64,000 nucleotides of DNA from Haliotis rubra. Lineage: Eukaryota. Made by a program: the position numbers and the translations under genes. The stretch covers positions 496,001-560,000 of the forward strand of contig NW_025766725.1 of assembly GCF_003918875.1 (NCBI RefSeq). Reading direction: 5' to 3'. This document shows, piece after piece, positions 50,840 to 64,000 of the stretch. The notes beneath the pieces were generated by a model. That model made no database searches. It worked only from the letters and a program-made list of their open reading frames with translations, and was not told the DNA's origin. Positions within the stretch are counted from its first letter, which is position 1. Each line of letters opens with the position of its first letter.

Positions 50840-51100
50840 TGTACTATTTTGAGTACCACACGTCTGCTGATCATTCCAGTGTAATATAGCAGACAAGTGT
50901 CAGTGAAAAGTCATGTATATCAACAAAGATTCCTCCCAATGGACTTCAGAGAAATGGTACTATTTTCAGTACAACACGTCTGCTGATCATTCCAGCGTAA
51001 TATAGCAGACAAGATTCAGTGAAAAGTCATGTATATCAACAAAGATTGCTCCCAATGGACTTCAGAGAAATGCTACTATTTTGAGTACAAGACGTCTGCT
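50840..51100. repeat. ~117-bp tandem duplication
   Basis: tactatttt(g/c)agtac...cgtctgctgatcattccag...ggacttcagagaaatg, 2+ copies. Confidence 0.9.
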
Positions 51101-52222
51101 TTGTGTCTGCTGATCAAGCAAATCTGTTGTGACAGTTAAGACTCACTGGAGCTCTTGTATATCCACGTTGTTTTTCTCCCGATTTTGTGTTTTATTCCAA
51201 ATTGATTGATTTTCTAGCTATGCGTTTGTTTAATGAGTTCAGTCAGTTGTGCCTGTCATCTACTGAGAGTCTGTCATGGCAGATGGACTCCTGTCCCACA
51301 CTAAGACTCTGTGCACCTTCTGACATCTGACATTTCACTGACCATCATCCTGTCAGGATCTCCACAGGAAGCTGGCGACATGATCAAGTTGTATCTTCCG
51401 TATTTCCCACACTCCCTCTCACTACAGTCAGTGCCTAAAGTCCAAAGCTCAAGACTGAAATGTCTGATAAATATAAAACGTCAATACCGGTCTTGGCTAA
51501 TGACAGTCTATTTCCAAACACCAAGCTAATCTGAAAGTCATGACATTAATTTCTGGATAATTTCCCAACACTTTCAGTCGCACAAACTACACCATACAGT
51601 TTCTGGTAGGTATAAAATACCTTGAGTTTCTCATTCAAGTATTTTATCTTGGTTGGAAAGACAGACAGTTGTGAATCCTTAACAAAATCAGACAGATCCA
51701 CCTAAATCTTATTCGAACATATACATCCTCCTTGTGGACAACTTTTCATACCTTGGTCATACATACAATAATGCTGTGGTATCTGTTGGGTGTTCTACTT
51801 TCAATATCAATGATGACACAATCTCTTATCTGGTGATAGCAGTGTGAGAATTCTCCAGAAGTCACTGCTTTGCAAGTTCAACAAGAACAAAAAAAATCCT
51901 GGCGTGATATTTGAGTGCACTCAACCATCAACAAAACACCAGTTGGATGCAAATCATGATGCAGTCAAGGTAATTGATGATGAGGAAACGGAAGAATTTG
52001 AACTGTCCAGTCTCCTTAGGGCTGAAGCAGGACTAGATCCTCCCCTGCATTCTTCAGCGTGATTTAAACCAGACGTCACAATTAGCAGGACGCAGAATAC
52101 ATTGTCCATCACTTTCACAAGTCTTCACCAGGGAGTCTAATCCTTAGATGACTGGGCAGTAAGTCTGGCAACAGCTTCAAGTATCATAGAATGTCAGGTC
52201 TCAATTACAGAGGAAAGCTTAC

Positions 52223-52238
52223 CCAATAACATCCACAT
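52223..52238 (-). CDS. KAZN: candidate alternative kazrin first coding exon (MWMLL), phase 1
   Basis: TGG|gtaagc donor; 16 nt in frame with the 36395 acceptor; repeat-free sequence upstream. Confidence 0.35.
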
Positions 52239-55200
52239 CCACCAGAAACAGGAGAACTGTGATGTTTCAATTACAGAATGGAAGACCTCCTTAATGATCC
52301 AGAATCACTGTTAAATATCCATAATCCAAGAACTCTCTGAACTTCTGCACACTGTAACAAGATACTGTTGGATGTCCATGTCGAACTGGACAATCACATT
52401 AGTGCACACTGAAGGTATGTCAGTAGGTAGCTTGATTTCTGCTGTACTGTTCGATGTCCCCAGGAACCTTGACAGAGCAATACCATATGAATGGTGAGAA
52501 CTTGTGGTCTAGTGCAGTTACCTTGCCTACGACACAGCACAGAAAGATACCCCCAGAAATGGCAGTCCTTGAGCTCGAGGTACTGTTAAGTTCCCCATCC
52601 AGGTGTGTCCAGCGTCTCCCTCCGTCTGAGTGTCAGGTGGACGAGCAGGTCGACAGACTATTCAGCTAATGAAGCAGAAACTACCTGCTGGCTGTCACAA
52701 TAGCCCCAAGCAGATGTTTACAATAGCCACTGGCTAGCAGACTCACTAAACTAGCTGCAGGCTGTACTAACAGTGCACACTATCCATCTGGTCTAGGATT
52801 GTGCAACAACACACTCTCATCTGTAGTGAGCTGGGCAAGGAATGAGCAGGTAAAGGCTTAGACTTTCACTCAGATCAGGCTGAAACATCTCAGTGAGAGT
52901 TTGAAAGAAACATAAATTTTCAGAAGTCCGAAAAAATGGTCTGGTACTGCTAAGTTGTCATTTTGTAGAAAGGTCATCTGCTAGGAAATTTTGCAACTCC
53001 TTCTTGAAGTTTCTTAGTCTCTGACGAGTGGGCCTATGTTAATTTCTAACCCTGTTGGATCTCCAGAATGACCTTGAAACATGGTTCTGTGCTTGATGTG
53101 TCCGTTCTGACAGAAAGTCGTCTGTATAGATGGACTAGACCTTCACAGTCTGTATTGTGTATGAGTTGGAGTACAGTCTGATTCATGAGGTGAATCTCGT
53201 GGGTGACTGAACCTGCTGACTCAGGCAGCTGATCATATCAAAGCCTAAGGCATGATGGCTGCACAGACACAATGGCAACAGTGACAAATCACAAGTGACA
53301 TCTAGAATACCATGTATTTGCAGATGATCAAGCTGAAAAAACCTTAATCACAATTGTGCAGGTAGATTCTCCAAGGCAAGTAAATCCTCCTACAGCACAG
53401 TATACAATGACTTGCTCAAGGCACTGGGTAACTCATAAAACCAACCCGATAAACTGATCGTCATAAATCCTTTTCACATACAATCAGAATATCTTCAATA
53501 TGCTGACTGTAGTATCAAACTCTTTCAAGTGCACATTGTAAGCATAAAATGAATTTCTCTCACACACATTTTAAACATCAACCTTTTAAAGTTTTCAACC
53601 TTTATGCTGGTAGAATTTAGGGTCTGTTCAACAGGTGCTTGTTACCTGCTAAATATGATGATAGTAATCCACTGACATATTAATAAATATATCTGCCTTT
53701 ATATGAATCCAAGTTGAGGTATCATCCAGATTGTATTTGGGGATTATCAAGATTTCCAATTACAGAAAATGTATCCATCTTCGACAAACCGACTTCAGCC
53801 TTGTTTACCATGTAACTCTGATGGTCATAATCCACAGATCTCCAATTAACAGAATAGACACATCACCCTCCCTGCCTGGCTTGCGTTCAGCCTACAGTAT
53901 GGCTCAGTAGGACAAGTAAACCAGGTCTAGCAAGGCACGTCCACCACACCCAGGAAGCCACACACCTTAGATCAGGATAATTTGCTTGAAGTCATCCAGC
54001 TACAGGAGCATCTACTCCATCATGGCCTCTACCATCTCCCAATATGGTGTCACTTCATCATCTGGACTGAAGATGGTTGACATGTACACCTTGTACGTAC
54101 ACATCCATACAGGATATACTTCATGCTACCTCCAGGGCGATCAGAATTAGCTATCTTTGTAACATCACTGGTAACAAATTACGTATCCGGCTTCATTTAA
54201 AACACATGCTCAGTGAGAATGTACTGTTAATAGTGTATCATGGCTTCAACTCACATTCAAATTAATTTCATCTCATCAACATAAAAAATTTTTTCTTGGA
54301 AATGATGCCAAGTCTGGCTCCATGTTGAAGAGAACAGATTAATCCAGCTACCCGAAACTCATTAACATCAAATGTTAATTTCCAAAAGGAATTTGAAGAT
54401 ACGATTTGTTAATGTTTATCTCCCTGTTCAATTGTGCATATATACATATCTCTCCAAAAAACATTTTGGAGCACCTTGAAATATAATGTATAACCACTTT
54501 TGCCTCCTGGAAAGCATTTGTACAGATCAAAGCAATCTCGTCTGCACTGACGTAAGACTCAACAATTGTTCAGGACTGCACGCTTATCAGACACCACCGA
54601 TTGAAGTCAAAACATAAACCTGCTGTAACTTTGTCTCAGAGCAACACAAGAAGGTTTGTAAAGGCAACAAAATACTGCAGCTGCATTTCGCTACATTATG
54701 TCTGTGGGTAGATAACCTCTGAGGTCTTAAATTAATTACCCTGCCCAGTTTGCAACAGTTTGGCTGATTATAGCTGTGGTGATAGGCATCTGAAAAATCT
54801 GTTGATAATGTTCCATCTTGTCTTAGCTTCCCCTTCGGTGGGTTGTTATTGTAAATGACGAACACCTGATCCGGATCACACACCATGCGTTTCCACTAGA
54901 ACTGACAGCAAGATATATTATAAATTTTGCACTAAAGGAAACTGGGTATAGATAACTTTAGATGTGGAGCATAAGAGAACAACAAATCTCAATTAGACAA
55001 AGACTTTTTACCAGAAATACGGCAAACTTATTTTAATCTATATCTATCTATCCACACACACACATGCACACACACACGTACACAGACAGACACACAAGTA
55101 AAATGCGATTGGAGCTGAATACAATTAATTTCTGCAGCTAAGGCAATGTAGACTTGCAAAATGCACAAAAAATACACATAAAAAACAAACAATAAGATTT

Positions 55201-57056
55201 GAGATAATTTTAACCTATCCTTTAGGAGACAGAGTACATCACAATTCTGTACATTTCATTTATATCACACAAATCTCTCTCAATAAAGTATGTGTCTTGC
55301 TGTTGCAAGATTCTTAATCAGATGAAAATATTCCTGATATTTAAACCAAAGAAAAGAAAGTCTATTCACGCGTCCTTTCAAAAAATTGCCAGACCCTTCA
55401 ATGAGTAGTTTGACGGATAATACTGTCAACGATCAAGCTAGTTAAACAGCACCATTGACACCATCAACATCAAAGCCTAATTTACATTTAAAAACATTTT
55501 CTGCAGAAAGCTGGACTATTTCTCCAATTTGCATGAGAACAGGTGAAAGAATTATTACCAGACATGCCTCTGCATTGATTTCTGTTCTGAACAGGCAGAT
55601 GGACAGGTGTTGAACTGGTATTAATTTACCCCCTATTGTGCTCTGCCCATTGGCTGGGGAAGCTGGTGGATATTGGTCAATAACACCTAGGCTGCTCTTA
55701 TCCCAAGTGATATAACTGACCACTGACCCCTGACCAATTGAGCTACTGAATAGGGAGTTACGGGTCATTATGCACTACCTGATGTAATTGGTAATCATTG
55801 GAGTTGAATAACATTTCATTATGAACTTGATCGACAAGGTAACCTTATGCTGAGGCGTCTGTTACATACCTGGATGTTGTTAAGACTTAGGTAAGGTATC
55901 AAGCCTTCAGGCTTACATGGCTATTTCTGTAACATTAAGACTACCAGATTACAGCATACACATGAAAACAGTCACATGCTTATATTAAATCATAATCCAA
56001 GGTTTAAAAACAGTTTATTTATACAGCTAAATATTAGACTCTGCGACTTTACCTGCTTGTACAGAAAACAGATTTCAGTACAATTTGTGTTGGTTTAGTA
56101 ACATCACATTCTCCTTGTCAACAAAGACTAAAATATACTGAAAATAAAGCCAAAATGCATATTGGGGCCAGTGAACTCCAGTTTGGGGCATCAAGAGCAT
56201 TAGGCATTGGGCATTTTCAAATTTTTCTTGCCATTTTGAGTTTTTTCTTGCATTCTTTTTTGGTATTTTTTATCTACACAAAACAAAGGAAGGGTAAATA
56301 ATATAAAATTTAATGTCATGGACATGCATTATTCAAGTTGTACCTTGTGAGTCCCACTTGCCATTGAAACTAAGACCTTAAAAGCTAATGCATCCAGAAT
56401 GCTCTTAATTCAAAGAGAAGTGAAAAAGTTTAGCTTGTTATATTTTCTAAATTAGACTGATTTCAACATCTTGAATACTAATTTCTATCCAATCAACATT
56501 TCCAAAACTTTTTGTCACAGATATCTGTGACAACGTATTAGTTTGAAAATGTGATTGATTACATTTCAAGAATGGTTTTTGTAGCTCTAATGAGTGTTCA
56601 TTCATGAAGAGCAATATTAGATATCAATATGCAAAGGCTTCAACTAACCAAGATGCATAATTACACTGTTCATTATTGTATTCCCACATTAGTTCCAGCT
56701 ATGATGGACAGCTGTGCCATACTGATTCCGACTAATTGGAAGTCTGAATGAGCAACGGCTGTTATTGTTGTGGGTCATCTAACCACAAACATGTCTAATC
56801 CAAACAAATTATGCAACTAATTGCCTCCTGTATGCTGTGTATCTGCTATACAAAACTGGACTTGTTAATTACAGCCTTAGGTATCAAAGAGTCTCAGTTT
56901 GTCCACCCCTATCATATCTGAATCAGAGTGAGTGAGGGAGTTTGGTTTTACAACGCTTTTAGCAATATTCCAGCAATATCACGGTGAATGTGGGGAATCA
57001 AACCCAGGTCTTCGGCATACCGAGTGAACACTTTAACCACTAGACTACACCAAACC

Positions 57057-57570
57057 CATCTGGGTTAGAATTGGTCTTCAGCTAACCCATGGTTATCATG
57101 AGAAGTGATATACAGGATGGATCCATTGGTCAGGTGAGGTGATTTGAAATTGGGTTTAACGTCGTGCTTGAGAATATTTCGCTCATATGACGACGTGCAT
57201 GCGTGTGTATGTGTATGTGCGGCTGCTTGTACTAGTCCAGACTTAAGCTGGTTTTATAGTGCTAGCCCACTGAGATACCATACCGCAGTGAAGCATGAAT
57301 ACTCCACTCAGACACATTTATACTGACTCCGAGCCGACCAGTCCTTGTTGTACCCATTAATGTCAAGCGCCAGGCAGGGACCAACAAGTACCATATTTTA
57401 ACGTCTTTTGGTTTGACGCGGTCGGGGATCGAACCCGCGACCTTCCGCTCTCCGGGTGGACGCTCTAACCACTACACCACGGACGCGGTCTCCATTGGTC
57501 AGGCTCTCTGACTTGGATGCATGTCGTATCCCAGTTGTGTGATGCTCATCATGTCAATCGATGGGTTTTC
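57057..57570 (+). mobile_element. decayed family 2 copy interrupted by a family 3 SINE
   Basis: gggttagaattggtcttcag...ggtcagg | ctctctgacttgg...atcccagttg continues after the insertion. Confidence 0.75.
57135..57490 (-). mobile_element. SINE family 3 (356 bp, tRNA head, central domain resembling the Meta domain of MetaSINEs), young copy
   Basis: A box TGGTGTAGTGG, B box GGTTCGATCCC; 13-bp TSD tccattggtcagg (57122-57134 / 57491-57503). The Meta assignment is from memory of the consensus. Confidence 0.9.
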
Positions 57571-60252
57571 TATGGTCACACAGTTTCTCCTTATTCACAC
57601 TACATTGTCATGTCCCCTGCCAAAGTTATGCTATAAGCAGGTTAATCATTATCACCCAGCCAGGGAGTGAGTATGGTTTTATATATCCCAGCAATATCTT
57701 GGAAGGGAACATAAACATAAATAAGGTCAACATAATATAACAATATCATTAATTGTTAAATTTTCTTTTCTGCCAACATGAACAGGCTTGAAGTCATTCT
57801 TTGATAAATTAACTTATATTGAAAATGTGCTCAGGTAGGAATTCTGTTTGTCCTTTTTGATGATATTACCTGTTTCCTGATGCAAAGGCTAGACTAAAGG
57901 TTGTATGAGTCATATCGGGACTGGAATACTAACATACAGATGAAATGTTGGCTCCCTATGAATTTGATTGTCTCTCTTTCATAAAATCTGTTTGTTTATT
58001 TGTTTGCTTGTTGTTAAACACTGAACACGACAATATTCCAGCCATGCAACTGCAACCGGTAACCAATTAAGCCTGGATCAGACAAACAAGTGATTATATC
58101 GTAAGCCATGGTCCATACTGCCATGGTACAATAACACTCGTATCAACCAAGACACCAAGTGTGACTGAGAACACTGAAAACGCTTGTGGGCAATGTTTGA
58201 GTAATTTTGCAACATTACCAGGATGAACACCATGTCCCGAATAACTCATGAAGGACCATTTGTCCCCTGGATTGGGGACGAAACCAGACAAGAAAGGACC
58301 CACACATTCACAATTACACACATTTTTAATATAAAACATAGATGACATGTTCCCCCTATCAATGTAGAGTATAATGTTTCTTAGTTTACTCATTATTATT
58401 CCATTAATTGCAATACAGTCATAAAAATATATAATATATAAAAGCATCATGTCATGAAAATGTTCCACACAAACACTCGTGACAAAACAGGAAAAACAAG
58501 GTAATGTTATCTAATAATAAAAATAATACTATCCAATATTTCCATGAGGAAATCTCTCCTCTGCAAGTGCCAAAGTCATTAATATTCACATAGCTGTCAT
58601 GATATAGATATTCCCATATGATTACATCTGTTATCCCACATATTTCTATGCAATATACTGCAACACTTACCTAATTATCAAACAGAACAAATGTTATCCC
58701 ACAGAGACACAGTGAATATCTGGTGAAAAAATTCCAGACCAGTCGGTCACATGGGTGTCCATCTTCGGTCCGACATTCCAGAACAAAGCATGTTGTCGGC
58801 CGACTCAATATTGTGTTGGCTCACTGCCGTTATGTCAATCACTTGAGGACTCAGAGCAGTCTCCTACAGCATGAAGCTTAGCTACAGCACTGTCATTGCT
58901 ACAGACTAGGAAACCGTGGTGACAATGTTACCAAAAATGTAACAATGTTGCATAATAGTCTCACTCCTATGAGACTAAATCTAATGTTGCAGACTCCCAT
59001 AATTTTGATTGAGTCATGCAACTGGGTAATTAGTGTCAATAAACTAATGACACACCTATATTGCTGAAAGATCTCATTTAAAATTGATGGATTGGGTCTT
59101 CAGGGCATATATGCATAATGCAGGAAAGATGACTACACAAAAATAGTTCGGTTGCATACAAACAATCCTTCACTATCGATTTAGGTATATGATGTCCACT
59201 TTTTGCATATTTCAGCCATATCATGTTATGGGGCCACAGAAGGGGACTTCAATCACTGTACCCATGTGAAGAATCGAACCCAAGCATTAAAGGTCACTGG
59301 CAAACACTTAACCACCAGGCCAGCCTGCCACCCTTCATTGATAAAACTCTTAAATGAAATTGATGAGGCAATAAAATCTGTTTGACTTGCAAATTAAGAC
59401 AACAGACTTCACAACAAACAACCACCAAAGACTGAACATCAAACAATATCTTTGTTAAAACACACACGATTTGGTGGGGACCTCATAAATTAAAAAATAA
59501 TTTCATGGCGAAAACGAGAAATATAAAACAAGCATTACCTTCAAAATATCACATCCAAGCAGCTGACATTCACATCATGACCTAAACTTCATCCAAGGTC
59601 TAAGACGATCCATTCCAAAATATTCAACAAGACCAAATTCCTGCGACAGAAGAAATCTTCACCAAGACCCTCCTCCAACAAGACTACATGTCCTCACTGT
59701 AACACCAACTTGCTCCATGTCCTCATTATAAGGCTACAATTAGGCAATGTCCAGTGCAGCTCTTGGATGATATCATCCAATGCCTTCTAATAACATGGAA
59801 CTGGTGCTGCCCGCATGCCGACACATTATCCGAAAGTCAGCCTTGGTTCCTTTGACCCTCAATCAATACTGGATTCCCGAAACCGAATCTCAACTCTGGA
59901 CCAATGGTCTGATTTTTTTCTTCATTTGAACATGGATTATACCAAGAGTTCAAATTTAAGGAAAATTAATTTCCTTAAAACAGATAAACACTTAATGTTT
60001 TGGATTGAAATTATTGAAATTTTGATCTTTTTAATGAATTTGGTTACGTTTTACAGAAAAAGGATGTTATAAAAAAAATATAATACAAAATTAGCAGAAT
60101 ATGAATATATCATCTCAGAAGTATGTTGAAATTGTAGTTTCTGTAGTAGCTGAGATTTTAACAAAATGTAGCCAACAAAACAAACTAATTGTCACATAGT
60201 TTGTGGTATTTTATTGAATTCTTGACTTTTGTACTCAATACATTAAAATTAC

Positions 60253-60277
60253 CTGACAAAGTTAATATGGCAAGCAT
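60253..60277 (-). CDS. KAZN: candidate alternative kazrin first coding exon (MLAILTLS), phase 1
   Basis: CAG|gtaatt donor; 25 nt in frame; CpG-richer, repeat-free stretch upstream (about 60430-60960). Confidence 0.3.
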
Positions 60278-61414
60278 CCATTCACAACCAAACTTCACCA
60301 AAATTCAACATGAAATATTCTGACCACAAAATATTTCAATAAGAAAGAGTTGTAATTCTGCAATATTCAATTTGCAGAATATTAAATGCAATATAAAAAG
60401 AAGATAATTATGAGCTCTTATGGCTTCTCCAAACGGGTCCATCAATTCGTAACTAGCTCGTCATCGGGGCTGCACTCAACATGCCGTTCTAACCTAATTC
60501 AAGACAAAAATCGAGCAATGTTTCTCTAATTTATTTGAAGACACGGTTAACAAAGAAGAGTCCCCTTATAGCGAAGGCCACTGGTTGAGTTGGTATAATG
60601 AAGGACCTAATATTTGAGTGGACATGCGCTACAATTGATTTTCCTCAGGACAAATTCCGTTAGATGTCTCTCGAGGAATCCAATGCTCGGCTTACGTCAG
60701 CTTTGCAATCTTGATGTCACGGCAAATTGTCTTCTCTCTTGTGGCATCTGAATGCTACTATTTGTTGATTATCTTCCATGCACTGTCAAATTGAACCGTC
60801 ACGAACACATGCAAGCTATAGGTATTGTGCGGACACGGCACTAATTTACCTAGGCGAAGACCAAGAGCTCCCCAGGGTGTTTTGATAAACAAAGAAAGCA
60901 CACAGAGCATTACACTGCTGTTAGAAGTCGGAGTCTGAAAACAGGATTTCCGTTCTCGGTGAAATCTATGCAATGATTCATACTTACTGACAGCCAGTGG
61001 CAACTGCAGGGAGATTGTTCTCATTTAAAAAAACAAACACTATCAACAATAAAAGGCAAATTTACAAATGAAGGAGGGTTTTTGAAAGGGTAGCGGAATG
61101 ATGAAGTCCACACATTATAGCCACAATTCAATCTTAAAAATGGTCCACACTTTCTGAGGGATAAGAATTCTGGACACTTTTTACTTAATAACCAAGATCA
61201 GAAGACTCAGTGTACAAGCTTTGACAGAACAAAAATATACAATAAGGCCTAATTGTTCATCTGTAGATGTATGGTGTGATGTTCACAATGCTGAATCTTT
61301 GCCATGTGTGTGTGCTTTTATGAATGCATCGCCTGTTCTGGTGCCATAGGAACTATTGCTGAAATATTGCTGATGTGATGTTTAACACTGACTAACCGAG
61401 CATAATATATTATT

Positions 61415-61708
61415 TAGAGCTGTGACGATATATCGTAGTATCAATAATCGTGATACTTTATCTGACGATACATATGTCGATACTATTTTCGTATCTTGAT
61501 ATGTATCTTTGACGTTAGAATTACTATTTTTCACTAGATATTGACAAGTATGTCAAAATTTATACTGTTACTGGCTATCAAAATATGCTTTTTTTTAAAG
61601 GAAATAACTAAAGATAGCATATCGTGATATGCATCGAATCGAATCGTATTGTTCCAAGATATGGCGATATGTATCGTATCGTGAAATTTCTGTATCGTCA
61701 CACCTCTA
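61415..61708. mobile_element. hAT-like MITE
   Basis: 16-bp TIR TAGAG(C/G)TGTGACGATA, 8-bp TSD atattat(t/c), cgata subterminal repeats. Confidence 0.88.
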
Positions 61709-62155
61709 ATATTATCATTATAGGATACCAATATTTTATATAGCGCACATACCCACGCAACTAGTACATGCTCAAGGCCATGAAATATTCAGTATTGCAT
61801 TATGAAAGAAAGAAACAGGTGTTCCTTAAGTTTCTTTGTGTAGTATACATTAATCTCAGACAAAAGAACACTTATCTTACTACCATAGAGGACTGATAAT
61901 ACAATATTCATTCATGACATTTGGGAATAGCTGTTTCTTACCTGTCAGGTAAATTAATAATTTTAATGATAAAGTCACAGCTCTAGTAATTGCAATAGTA
62001 ATTGCTGTTCTGTCGCATAATAGAACACTACTCACTGGTGATAGGCATACCCTAGTCTTACATCTTGTCTTGGAAATATCTCACAGAAAAACATTTTAAT
62101 AATCTAAATACAATAGAATAAATGGGGCCAAGAGACTTTCTTTATTTTCAGAAAC

Positions 62156-62409
62156 TGAGTGAATGAGTGAGTGAGTTTAGATTTACGCTGCACTCAGCAA
62201 TATTCCAGCTATATGGCGCCTCTCTGTAATAATCGAGTCTGGACCAGACAATCCAGTGATCAACAGCATGAGCATCGATCCGCGCAACTGGGAACCGATG
62301 ACATGTGTCAACCAAGTCAGCGAGCCTGACCGCCCGATCCCGTTAGTCGCCTCTTACGACAAGCATGGGTTACTGAAGGTCAATGTTCTAACCCGGACCT
62401 TCACAGGTT
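62156..62409 (-). mobile_element. SINE-like family 2, full length, best-preserved head
   Basis: Colinear with the family; CpGs retained. Confidence 0.92.
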
Positions 62410-62819
62410 TTTCAACTGCATTAATCTCAATTTTCCAAAATGTTATAGACTTTCTCGGATGTATTTGGTTTAGAGGCTGTATGATATATTAAAGTCTCAC
62501 TGGACTACTAGCTTGACCAAACAAGGGTCATCAGGAGATGACAAATCCCGCTGGTCCCCATAAATTTGAAAATTTTGTTGAAAGATATTGAACAGGGGGG
62601 TGTTCCGGCACACTGAACTACTAACTTGACAAAAAAAATGTTCCTTTCCCTATAAAAAGGTGCCTTTACTTTTATGTTTTTGTTCTTAATGCAGTGGTGT
62701 TAATAAAAAGAGTCTGGGCCAGGCAATCCAGTGATTGATACAATGAACACCGATCCACATAGTGTAGGTATTATAACCTGAAACTGAATTCATTTCATGG
62801 CTTATTCTTTTGGTTGCTT

Positions 62820-63200
62820 TTTGTTGAATGTCACACTGAACAATCCTGCTTCATGACGGCAGTCTGTAAATAATCAAGTTTGGACGAGACATTCAACATA
62901 ATCGATCTATGCAATTGGGAAACGATAACATGTCTGAACCATGTCAGTCAGCCTGACCACCTGATCCTGTTAGTCATCTCTTACTACAAGCATGGATTGT
63001 GAAGACCAATTCTGGATCTCCACAGGTTTCATATCTTACAACAAGCATGGGTTGTGCAGACCAATTCTGGATCTCCACAGGTTTCATATCTTACAACAAG
63101 CATGGGTTGTGCAGACCAATTCTGGATCTCCACAGATTTCATATCTTACAACAAGCATGGGTTGCTGGGACGTTATTCTAACCTTGAATCCCCAAGCAGT
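62820..63200 (-). mobile_element. decayed family 2 copy with a 55-bp head segment repeated about 3 times
   Basis: Unit caagcatgggttgtgcagaccaattctggatctccacaggtttcatatcttacaa, period 55. Confidence 0.8.
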
Positions 63201-63287
63201 CTCTGATACAATGATGCCCATGTACAACTACAAATGAAATCTATTTTTATTAGTGCTTGTCAATAAGGAGAAAATTTAGAACCACTT

Positions 63288-63429
63288 NNNNNNNNNNNNN
63301 NNNNNNNNNNNNNNNNNNNNNNNNNNNNNNNNNNNNNNNNNNNNNNNNNNNNNNNNNNNNNNNNNNNNNNNNNNNNNNNNNNNNNNNNNNNNNNNNNNNN
63401 NNNNNNNNNNNNNNNNNNNNNNNNNNNNN
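63288..63429. other. assembly gap (142 N)
   Basis: Run of n. Confidence 0.99.
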
Positions 63430-64000
63430 TGTTAGCAATATTCCATCCATATCACAGTAGAGGACACCAGAAACACATTGTTGCATATTTGCTGTTCGTT
63501 CTTTGCCAGAATTGCTGAAAATTTGCTGATGCAGCAAACTTCAACAATTCTGCAACACAATGGCACCAGACAACACATGATATGGTAAATGTATGACTTC
63601 TTGTACGTCATGCCACCTGTTCCTGAACAACAAGGGCCAGGAATATGGGACACAATCATGGACAACTTGGTGTATGGTTATAACATCTGTCAAACATGTA
63701 GGTAAATTTATTAGGCCAACATCTGCTCAATGGTTTGCTTAATATATTATTCAAACGGCATATGGTAACACTGACACACAGGTTCTGAATCAGATTACCA
63801 TCTCAAATCTATAACACAACACACAAAAGTCAAGCAGATATTCAGAAACAAATGTTAGAAATTTGATTAAGAGGTATCAAATCTATCTTTTTTCTGCAAC
63901 TTCAGCAACAAGTCTTAAGCCGCCAAAAATATGGTGACACTTTTGAGTCATATTAGGTGTCAAAGCTTTAATTTTGGCCAGTAGTCTGGATTGTCAATGG

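Noticed and set aside
41500-63200. Autonomous LINE or transposase ORF as partner of the SINEs and MITEs
   Set aside because: No RT, endonuclease or transposase-like ORF is visible anywhere in the window.
63250-63537. ORFs spanning X runs
   Set aside because: Artefacts of the N gap.

Overview
AT-rich, intron-rich animal genomic DNA, not prokaryotic. The SINE repertoire and (ACTC)n tails suggest a mollusc, possibly a gastropod such as abalone; this is inference. The main feature is a minus-strand kazrin (KAZN, liprin-related) gene. Thirteen coding exons can be traced from 36395 down to the stop at 20936 by splice consensus and phase. They encode an N-terminal coiled coil, three SAM domains and a C-terminal -TTV. 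Candidate alternative first exons lie in 43-60 kb. One kazrin exon (30014-30215) is one base too long to keep frame. The last two coding exons of an unidentified plus-strand gene (7257-7437, 8080-8332) converge on kazrin through long putative 3' UTRs. The rest is repeats: about 25 copies of a tRNA-derived SINE, about 9 copies of a SINE-like element with no tRNA head but a conserved pseudoknotted 5' end, a third tRNA-headed SINE, several MITEs, Penelope-type hammerhead remnants, many minisatellites and one N gap. The most interesting signals are the ribozyme-like head of the non-tRNA SINE, the kazrin frame break, and four independent tandem duplications sitting exactly on splice junctions.
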